From Candidatus Aenigmatarchaeota archaeon (lineage in GTDB: Archaea; Aenigmatarchaeota; Aenigmatarchaeia; PWEA01): DNA of 64,000 nt. Numbering within the stretch: the stretch's first letter is position 1; the number at the start of each line of letters is the position of its first letter. Shown here in pieces: positions 57,705-64,000 of this stretch. The position numbers and the translations under genes were made by a program. Below the pieces are notes generated by a model. The model made no database searches. It worked only from the letters and a program-made list of their open reading frames with translations, and was not told the DNA's origin. The stretch covers positions 6,895 to 70,894 of the forward strand of contig PWHK01000020.1 of assembly GCA_003554845.1 (NCBI GenBank). Direction: 5' to 3'.

Positions 57705-59189
57705 GTGTTAGCCATGGAAGCAAAGGTAAAGACCTTGGACATAAGAGCAGGCAAGCCCGTTGTAATTCTCAACCACAGGGATGCTGCAGAAAACTCCATA
57801 TTTCTCGGTGATAGGATATGCATAAACCACAGAGGAACAAAGGGGATGGCAATAGTCGATACATCAAAGGAGGTTCCAAGAAACCATGTTGTTCTCTTCG
57901 ACGAAACAAAGGAAAACCTATGTGTGAAAGAAGGGGAAACTGTAGTTGTAGAAAGTACAATAAAACCCGACTCCATTGAACACATAAAGAAAAAGATTGA
58001 TGGGGATTCTCTGAACTACGATGAAACCCTTTCCATAGTAAAGGATGCTGTAGATTTTCGTCTGACAGATTCAGAACTCATGGCCTACACAGTTGCAATA
58101 GAGATGTCAGAATTCTCTCTGGAAGAGGCAAAGGATCTGACAAAGGCAATGGTAGAAACAGGGGAACAGATTGATGTAGAAAATGCAGTCGATAAGCACT
58201 GCATAGGTGGAGTTCCCGGAAATAGAACAACGCCGCTTATAGTTTCAATTATTGCAGCAGCCGGATACAAAATGCCGAAGACCTCATCAAGAGCCATAAC
58301 CTCACCGGCAGGAACTGCAGATACCATGGAGGTCATCACGGATGTAGAGCATGATCTCGAAGATATAAAGAAAATAGTTGAAAAAACAAACGGCTGTTTT
58401 TCATGGGGAGGATCACTGAACCTCGCCCCTGCAGACGATGAGTTCATAAGGGTAAGAGACTCTCTGAACCTGGATCCACTTGAGCAGCTTCTCTCTTCTG
58501 TTCTTGCAAAGAAAAAGGCCGTGGGTGCAGAGACAGTTCTCATAGATATACCAATGGGAGATGGAACAAAGGTGGATGGTGACAAAGAGGCGACAGAACT
58601 ATCAAAGTACTTTGAACAACTCGGCCAGGAGCTTGATATGGATGTATTCACACTTATATCAGACGGCTCAAGTCCCATAGGAAAGGGTGTAGGTCCTGCC
58701 CCTGAAGCAAGGGATGTCCTGAAGATACTTAAATCAAATGGAAAGGAAGGTCCAGAGGATCTAAAAGATAAGTCCATCAAAATGGCAGATCTTATACTTG
58801 AAAGGGTTAATTCGAAGATGTCAGCAGAGAATATACTCACAAGTGGCGATGCATATGAAAAGTTCAAGGAGATAGTCAAGGAACAAGGAGGTGGAATAGT
58901 GGACCCAGAGGACGTAGAACTTGCAAAAAACAGAGAAACCATCGTGGCCGAGGAAGGAGGACGTGTAGATGACATATGCAACAAGTATGTAAATAAGATT
59001 GCAAAGGTTGCCGGGTGCTCAAAGGAAAAGAAGTCAGGCCTGTATCTACATAAAAAGAAGGATGATCCAGTGGAGAAAGGAGACAATCTCATAACCATAT
59101 ATTCAGAAAGTCCCAAGAGGCTTGAAAGGGCAGTTTCCATTGCAAAACAGGACAAAGTCTATACCTTCAAGTCGTTACTGTCAAAATAA
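57705..59189 (+). CDS. deoA: AMP phosphorylase (thymidine phosphorylase family, DeoA-like)
   Basis: 494 aa. N-terminal extension plus the pyrimidine-nucleoside phosphorylase core (DKHCIGGVPGNRTT ... TSSRAITSPAGTADTMEV). Confidence 0.8.
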   Translation: MLAMEAKVKTLDIRAGKPVVILNHRDAAENSIFLGDRICINHRGTKGMAIVDTSKEVPRNHVVLFDETKENLCVKEGETVVVESTIKPDSIEHIKKKIDGDSLNYDETLSIVKDAVDFRLTDSELMAYTVAIEMSEFSLEEAKDLTKAMVETGEQIDVENAVDKHCIGGVPGNRTTPLIVSIIAAAGYKMPKTSSRAITSPAGTADTMEVITDVEHDLEDIKKIVEKTNGCFSWGGSLNLAPADDEFIRVRDSLNLDPLEQLLSSVLAKKKAVGAETVLIDIPMGDGTKVDGDKEATELSKYFEQLGQELDMDVFTLISDGSSPIGKGVGPAPEARDVLKILKSNGKEGPEDLKDKSIKMADLILERVNSKMSAENILTSGDAYEKFKEIVKEQGGGIVDPEDVELAKNRETIVAEEGGRVDDICNKYVNKIAKVAGCSKEKKSGLYLHKKKDDPVEKGDNLITIYSESPKRLERAVSIAKQDKVYTFKSLLSK

Positions 59190-59226
59190 AAAGAAAGGGA
59201 AGAATGGGCTTGGTTTGGCTCAATGA

Positions 59227-59517
59227 CTACTTCTTCATCAGAATGTCTATCGAGCTAACGTTGATCTCATCGCCTTCGTCTGTTTCGATTTCTTCTGTTC
59301 CGGTTTCGATGCTTTCAATTACAGCATCTTCCTCGAACCTGTTCCTGGTTATCTCTGCAACGTCGACGGCCCTTGAGATTGCCTTGCCCCTTGCCTTGAT
59401 GTGAATCTCGTCCATACCATCGTTGAACTGTGTAACACATGCAAGAACATAACTCATGGGCGGTTTATTTCCTACAAAAATCACGTTGTCGTCTGCTTCT
59501 TCTGCCATCAAATTCAC
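59227..59517 (-). CDS. albA: chromatin protein Alba
   Basis: [46 protein letters not shown] matches the Alba core. Confidence 0.85.
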   Translation of the reverse strand: MNLMAEEADDNVIFVGNKPPMSYVLACVTQFNDGMDEIHIKARGKAISRAVDVAEITRNRFEEDAVIESIETGTEEIETDEGDEINVSSIDILMKK

Positions 59518-59640
59518 CTCCGTTTTTGTTCTGTTGTTTCAGATCTTTGAATTCTAGTATTTTTGAACACTATCTTCGCTTCCAGTTTAGTTGTTTAATC
59601 CACGAAAGTATTTAAAAGTTTTAGGAACAGCCACAGAGAC

Positions 59641-59976
59641 CTAATTGAGGCATGCAGGACAGTTTTCGGGTCCACCTGGAACAATATCGGAACAGTCATG
59701 CCATTCGCCACCGACCTGTACACATACATCGGCATTGGAAACAGGAGAATCTTCGGGTGCATCGCAGCTAAGGCCTGTTAGTTCACTTGACCAACTGCCT
59801 TCGTTGCAGTACTGAAAAGTAGAGACTGGACCACAACACATATTTATCTTGTTTCTGTCTTCTATGGCTCCTGTCTCAAAACCTCCCATAAAGAAGGCAA
59901 CCAGTGCTAGAAGAACTATGACGGCTACTGCAAGTATTACAAGCATGTTTACAGGAAGTGATATACCCTTTTTCAT
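59641..59976 (-). CDS. class III signal peptide (pilin-like) cysteine-rich protein, distal paralog 1
   Basis: MKKG|ISLPVNMLVILAVAVIVLL. Eight Cys in the C-terminal domain. Confidence 0.5.
   Translation of the reverse strand: MKKGISLPVNMLVILAVAVIVLLALVAFFMGGFETGAIEDRNKINMCCGPVSTFQYCNEGSWSSELTGLSCDAPEDSPVSNADVCVQVGGEWHDCSDIVPGGPENCPACLN
59700..59810. repeat. 111-nt segment identical to 60098-60208 (inside the paralogous pilin-like genes)
   Basis: Seen directly: identical string gccattcgccaccgacctgtacacatacatcggcattggaaacagg ... ccttcgttgcagt in both genes. Confidence 0.8.
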
Positions 59977-60038
59977 ACTGTCACCGAAGTAAAACTTAGA
60001 CTGATCTACTTAAAATATTATCCCATGCTCTGGAAAAA

Positions 60039-60380
60039 CTAGTTCATACAGGCAGGACAATTACCTGGCCCTCCGGGTATAACAGACGAACAGTCGTGCC
60101 ATTCGCCACCGACCTGTACACATACATCGGCATTGGAAACAGGAGAATCTTCGGGTGCATCGCAGCTAAGGCCTGTTAGTTCACTTGACCAACTGCCTTC
60201 GTTGCAGTGGTTAAAGGTTACTACAGAACTACAGCATCTACTTACAACAGTCTGCTCGTCCACAGCTCCTGTCTCGAAGCCTCCCATAAAGAAGGCAACT
60301 AGTGCTAGAAGAACTATAACGGCTACTGCAAGTATTACAAGCATGTTTATAGGAAGGGTAACACCTTTTTTTGAATTCAT
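60039..60380 (-). CDS. class III signal peptide (pilin-like) cysteine-rich protein, distal paralog 2
   Basis: MNSKKG|VTLPINMLVILAVAVIVLL. Shares identical DNA blocks with 59641-59976. Confidence 0.5.
   Translation of the reverse strand: MNSKKGVTLPINMLVILAVAVIVLLALVAFFMGGFETGAVDEQTVVSRCCSSVVTFNHCNEGSWSSELTGLSCDAPEDSPVSNADVCVQVGGEWHDCSSVIPGGPGNCPACMN
60098..60208. repeat. second copy of the 111-nt identical segment
   Basis: See 59700-59810. Confidence 0.8.
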
Positions 60381-60486
60381 TCAACCACTAGACTAAATCT
60401 ATCGACATGTTTATTTAAAAGTTTCCTTTGTAGGTGCTCAATGAGAAGTATTCAATAGTTAAATACCTTGAAAATAATAATGTACT

Positions 60487-60693
60487 GTGGATGGGGGGTC
60501 AGGGGTCTAGCCTGTCTCTTTAAGGCGTGGAGCGTGCGTTCCATAAGGTCCTTGAGGCCGGAGGAGCGTATGTGAGACGGACGGTAAAACACACGGGAGA
60601 AATCCGCGAATCGCGCCGTTTGGACAAGGCAACGGTGAGGAAGGTAGCCATGACCCTAATAACTTCCCTCCACACTTTTCCCAACCGAAAAAC
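60487..60693 (+). ncRNA. GC-rich structured RNA candidate, possibly signal recognition particle RNA
   Basis: A ~200-nt island of high GC in an AT-rich genome. TATA-like aaaataataa about 20 nt upstream. Contains AGGCCGGAGGAGCG and GGAAGGUAGCC segments resembling SRP RNA helix-8 strands. The 5' GCGUGGAGCG can pair with 3' CCCUCCACAC. Confidence 0.35.
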
Positions 60694-60719
60694 TTTTATA
60701 TATCACACCAAGAGAGTGA

Positions 60720-61280
60720 ATGGCGATGATAAACGAACAGATAGATGAACCACTTATAAGAGAAGTTATGTGCAAGAATCTGAACTATGCAGGACCCGAG
60801 GATTCTGTCTGTGATATAGCCAAGACCCTGAGGGAAGGAAACAGAGGATCGGTTGTAATAAAGAAAGACGATGAAGTTCTCGGAATAATAACAAACTCGG
60901 ACATAGTAAACAAGTTTGTTGTAGGCGGAAAGGGAAACAAGGCCAAGGAAATAATGACAACCAACATGGTAACCATATCACCCGATATGGACATACAGGA
61001 CGCTGCAATGGTCATGGTAAAAAAGGGAATAGAAAGACTTGTTGTAATGGAAGGAGACGAAGTTTTAGGTGTAATTTCCCAGAACGATATCATGGAGGTA
61101 AGACCAAGCCTCTACCTGGATATATCACAGGGAATAAAGTTCGGTGCTGAAACAACAGATATGGACTTTGAAAGTATGGATGTTGGGCAGTGTGAATCCT
61201 GTGAAAACTACTCCGAAAATCTAAAGGAGGTCAATGGGAACCTTGTATGCCCTGAGTGCCAGGAAGAAGAGGGCATTTAG
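60720..61280 (+). CDS. CBS-domain pair protein with C-terminal zinc ribbon
   Basis: Two CBS repeats (VVIKKDDEVLGIITNSDIV; VVMEGDEVLGVISQNDIM) and C-terminal CESC ... CPEC. TATA-like ttttatatat just upstream. Exact start uncertain. Confidence 0.7.
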   Translation: MAMINEQIDEPLIREVMCKNLNYAGPEDSVCDIAKTLREGNRGSVVIKKDDEVLGIITNSDIVNKFVVGGKGNKAKEIMTTNMVTISPDMDIQDAAMVMVKKGIERLVVMEGDEVLGVISQNDIMEVRPSLYLDISQGIKFGAETTDMDFESMDVGQCESCENYSENLKEVNGNLVCPECQEEEGI

Positions 61281-61660
61281 TTTAATTTCTTCGATTCTCC
61301 GTGTAAGAGAGCAAGTCCTATAAACGCGGAAAGGACTCCTATAAAGAAGTTAACTCCAATGGGCATGAAAATCAGCAGAGATATTCCCATAAAGAGAAAG
61401 GCAATTCCGAAGGCTATTTTACCCTTGTTGAAACCCATTTCCTGATCCATGATACTATCTCTGAAATCTTCTATGTCCCTGTCTTCTAGAAACTCTCTGG
61501 CCTCATCCAGTCTGTCCTGATCTATGTCAAGGAAAAGCCTTCCTCTGTATTCACAGTCCGGGCAGACGTATCCACGCTCCATTCCTATCAGCGCAAGAAA
61601 GTTGGTTCTATCGGTTTCTATTTTCTCAGAACCACAGACAGGACATATTCTCATAACCAT
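61277..61660 (-). CDS. zinc-ribbon protein with C-terminal transmembrane helices
   Basis: CPVCGS ... CPDCEY and two C-terminal TM helices. Confidence 0.45.
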   Translation of the reverse strand: MVMRICPVCGSEKIETDRTNFLALIGMERGYVCPDCEYRGRLFLDIDQDRLDEAREFLEDRDIEDFRDSIMDQEMGFNKGKIAFGIAFLFMGISLLIFMPIGVNFFIGVLSAFIGLALLHGESKKLN

Positions 61661-61726
61661 AACTTATCTCTAGATGAATATAACCCTTCCCTTAAATGTT
61701 TTAAACCAAATCGACAAATATCAGAT

Positions 61727-62386
61727 ATGCTAAAGGAAAAAATAAATAATTTTTACAGAAAAAAGGAGAAGAGCAGGCAGAGAAGCTACTTCTATGCCTC
61801 TGAAGTATCGGACTGCAAAAGAAAGATATACTTCAAGGTAAAGGGGGCTGAAAAGAAGGATCTGGACCCGGAGACCAACAGAAAGTTTGAAAGGGGAAAC
61901 CTCATACATCAGGAGCTTACATCGGCGCTTTATTCTACAGGTGTGGTTACAGCCTCGGAAATAGATATGCCAAAGGGATCTATATTTCGAGGAAGGGCCG
62001 ACGCCATTGTATCCATAGGCGACGAAAACTATGTCGTGGAGATAAAATCGGCCAGTCCGTATACATTCAAGACATTGAACGGTCCCAGAGAATCATGGAA
62101 AAAACAGATCCAGATATACCTACATCACTTCGATATAGACAGTGGAATAATACTTGTAGAATGTAAAGGAACACAGAGGCTAAAGGAGTTCATTGTAGAG
62201 CGTGACGACGCTGCTATCGAGAAACTGGAGGAAGAGTTCGAGGAACTCATGGAGATGATAAAAAACGATAAGGTTCCCAAAAAACCCAATAAGAAGAAAT
62301 GGAAGTTCGACAAGTGCAAATACTGCCTCTACGAAAAAGCCTGCCGGGAAGCAGAAAACAGTCTCAAAAACTTCACAGGTGCATGA
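61727..62386 (+). CDS. Cas4-like PD-(D/E)XK nuclease (DUF83/RecB family) with 4-Cys cluster
   Basis: GRADAI (motif II Asp) and VEIK (ExK) motifs. N-terminal Cys plus C-terminal C-x2-C-x5-C (CKYCLYEKAC), as in Cas4. Confidence 0.6.
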   Translation: MLKEKINNFYRKKEKSRQRSYFYASEVSDCKRKIYFKVKGAEKKDLDPETNRKFERGNLIHQELTSALYSTGVVTASEIDMPKGSIFRGRADAIVSIGDENYVVEIKSASPYTFKTLNGPRESWKKQIQIYLHHFDIDSGIILVECKGTQRLKEFIVERDDAAIEKLEEEFEELMEMIKNDKVPKKPNKKKWKFDKCKYCLYEKACREAENSLKNFTGA

Positions 62387-62804
62387 TATCTCCCCGAGGG
62401 TACTAGCAAGCGGCAGGTTCGATCTACTCCACCCGGGACATATATTCTATCTCAAAGAGGCAAGGGATCTATCCCAGGAAGGAGAGCTTTGGGTCATAAT
62501 ATCCAACGACAGTAACACAGAGTCCTGTGTGCTCTCGGATGCGAAGAGAAAGAACAAGGTTGAATCGCTGGGAATAGCAGACAGGGTAATCATAGGCAGG
62601 GAAAATATCGATATGCTTGCTACACTGAGAGAGATTAAGCCCGATATATTAGCACTGGGATACGACCAAAGGCCGGAGGATCTCGGAAAGACTCTGGGTA
62701 GATACAAAGGAAACGTATCTGTACGGAGAACTGAACCACTGGACCCGGAGAAATATTCATCGAGAAAAATTAAAGAGCTTTTGGACTTGATCCAAGACCC
62801 TTGA
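62379..62804 (+). CDS. ribL: FAD synthase RibL-type cytidylyl/adenylyltransferase
   Basis: GRFDLLHPGHIFYLKEA (HxGH nucleotidyltransferase motif). About 140 aa, like archaeal RibL. Confidence 0.75.
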   Translation: MHDISPRVLASGRFDLLHPGHIFYLKEARDLSQEGELWVIISNDSNTESCVLSDAKRKNKVESLGIADRVIIGRENIDMLATLREIKPDILALGYDQRPEDLGKTLGRYKGNVSVRRTEPLDPEKYSSRKIKELLDLIQDP

Positions 62805-63624
62805 TGAACTGGTGGATACTTTTTCCCATATTTCCTGGACTGTAGCCTCCTTCGAGAACACAGAATGTAGGTATTTCCAACTCACCGAGCCTTTTCCCTA
62901 CAGTTCTATAGAATTCAGTAGAAAGATCTATTTGAGACCCCAAGGGATCTTCTTCGTGCGTATCAAAGCCTGCAGAAACCGCTAAAATGTCAAAGTCTTC
63001 TTTCCCCTTGAGCATAGTATCCAACACTTCAAGATATTCCTCCTCTGATGTTCTGTTCCTAAAGACATGATTATGGCAGTTGTCATATGACTCCGTTCCT
63101 GTTCCAGGATAACCCGGACCATGGAGTGAAATATATTCAACGTGGTCGCTGCCTCTGAATATATCCTCGGTTCCATTTCCATGGTGTCTGTCTATATCAA
63201 CAATAAGCACCCTTCCAACAACACTGGAAACAGCAACGGATATGCTGTTAAAATAGCAAAACCCTCCTACATTATCGGTGGTTGCATGGTGACCTGGTGG
63301 TCTCATAAGAGAAAATCCATTGATATCAGCGGCCTTTATAGCACCACCTGCAGATAGGCGCGCATAGTAGTATATATTTTCGTAGTCCGGACAGTCCACG
63401 CTTGAAAAACTTCCACGTTTAACCCTTTTCACAAGACTTTTGTCGTGAACCCTCAGAAGATCCTCTTCTCTGCACATATCTGGCACGACAAAATCATATC
63501 CTTTATTTCGGAGAAATTCTGCAGCTTTCCTAACTCTTTGGGGTGACTCGGGATGCCCCTTTTTGTAGAAATTAAGACACTCCTGTGTATACACTATCTT
63601 CATATCAGATCCCTCTGCATCCAA
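62770..63624 (-). CDS. histone deacetylase / acetoin utilization (HDAC family) protein
   Basis: DIDRHHGNGTEDIF and surrounding arginase/deacetylase-fold motifs. Confidence 0.75.
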   Translation of the reverse strand: MDAEGSDMKIVYTQECLNFYKKGHPESPQRVRKAAEFLRNKGYDFVVPDMCREEDLLRVHDKSLVKRVKRGSFSSVDCPDYENIYYYARLSAGGAIKAADINGFSLMRPPGHHATTDNVGGFCYFNSISVAVSSVVGRVLIVDIDRHHGNGTEDIFRGSDHVEYISLHGPGYPGTGTESYDNCHNHVFRNRTSEEEYLEVLDTMLKGKEDFDILAVSAGFDTHEEDPLGSQIDLSTEFYRTVGKRLGELEIPTFCVLEGGYSPGNMGKSIHQFIKGLGSSPKAL

Positions 63625-64000
63625 GCACCACGGAGTACGTAGCCAAGTTTTCTGTAGTAGTTTCTTGCACCTATACCCGAAATCACAGCCATCTTTTCTG
63701 TTCCCTGGTCCATGGCAATCCTCTCGGCTTCTCTGAGAAGCCTTTTACCATAACCACTGTGCTGCACCTGTCCATCGTCTTTCTCAATAGGCACTTCGTC
63801 GCCGTAAACATGGAGCTCTCTGATTAAACCTGTATCCTTATCGAGATCCTCCATGAAGGGTTCGTCCGGAATTCGAAGACGGACAAGCGAAGATATAATA
63901 TCTTTATCTGTATCCTCAAAGGAAAGAAAATACTCCTTGCCACCGGAAGCATCGTAGCTTCTACGGACAAGTTCAAAGGAAAGTTCGTCTTTGTCGTAGC
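63600..64000 (-). CDS. partial CDS: C-terminal GNAT domain of Elp3-like radical SAM/acetyltransferase (continues beyond window)
   Basis: QHSGYGKRLLREAERIA ... VISGIGARNYYRKLGY matches the Elp3 C-terminus. The frame stays open to position 64000. Confidence 0.6.
   Translation of the reverse strand, partial: YDKDELSFELVRRSYDASGGKEYFLSFEDTDKDIISSLVRLRIPDEPFMEDLDKDTGLIRELHVYGDEVPIEKDDGQVQHSGYGKRLLREAERIAMDQGTEKMAVISGIGARNYYRKLGYVLRGAWMQRDLI

Noticed and set aside
58085-59155. 356-aa ORF antisense to the AMP phosphorylase gene
   Set aside because: Ser/Phe/Leu-rich low-complexity translation. The plus strand has a full-length, motif-rich DeoA-family product. This is a typical shadow ORF.
60527-60748. 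73-aa ORF over the GC-rich island
   Set aside because: Arg-rich translation of a GC-rich segment that looks like a structured RNA. No start context.

Overview
This window is a compact, gene-dense archaeal chromosome segment, moderately AT-rich, with AGA/AGG/ATA-rich codon usage. Most genes have a TATA-like box about 25-30 nt upstream of the start codon, so transcripts are probably leaderless. The first ~27 kb, read from the ORF translations, carries ordinary housekeeping genes. These include signal peptidase I, RpoL, Dph2, a rhomboid protease, a PEP-utilizing enzyme, ribosomal protein L10e, dCMP deaminase, a SpoU-family methyltransferase, a HemK-like methyltransferase, cytidylate kinase, RNase HI, agmatinase, aIF-5A, an archaeal histone, geranylgeranyl reductase, a ferredoxin, AspRS, RNase HII, an initiator tRNA-Met, an AMMECR1 protein, Trm5/Taw2 and diphthine synthase. 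The last ~15 kb is also housekeeping: 8-oxoguanine glycosylase, FEN-1, a gamma-carbonic-anhydrase-like protein, PIMT, the AMP-salvage trio (ribose-1,5-bisphosphate isomerase, type III RuBisCO, AMP phosphorylase), Alba, a CBS-domain protein, a Cas4-like nuclease, RibL, an HDAC-family protein and a partial Elp3 gene. The central ~22 kb (27.1-49.4 kb) has no housekeeping homology and looks like an accessory island. It starts with four or five acidic proteins of unknown function sharing a duplicated ~75-bp promoter cassette. A tandem array of four paralogous small membrane proteins follows. The core is a type IV pilus-like module: a FlaI/GspE-family secretion ATPase and a large polytopic FlaJ/TadC-like platform protein, followed on the same strand by about 19 co-oriented genes. 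Nearly all of these begin with an archaeal class III (prepilin-like) signal peptide (x-K-K-G then a hydrophobic stretch). They include three large paralogous cysteine-rich proteins sharing motifs GCYCGV / SQRMLL / VVCKS / RACREQC / PFCLC..YYWE. They also include a second cysteine-rich paralog pair, a GLUG-repeat protein and many small pilin-like proteins. Two more pilin-like paralogs with a patchwork of identical DNA segments lie at 59.6-60.4 kb, next to a GC-rich island that looks like a structured RNA (possibly SRP RNA). I found no CRISPR array, integrase or transposase.
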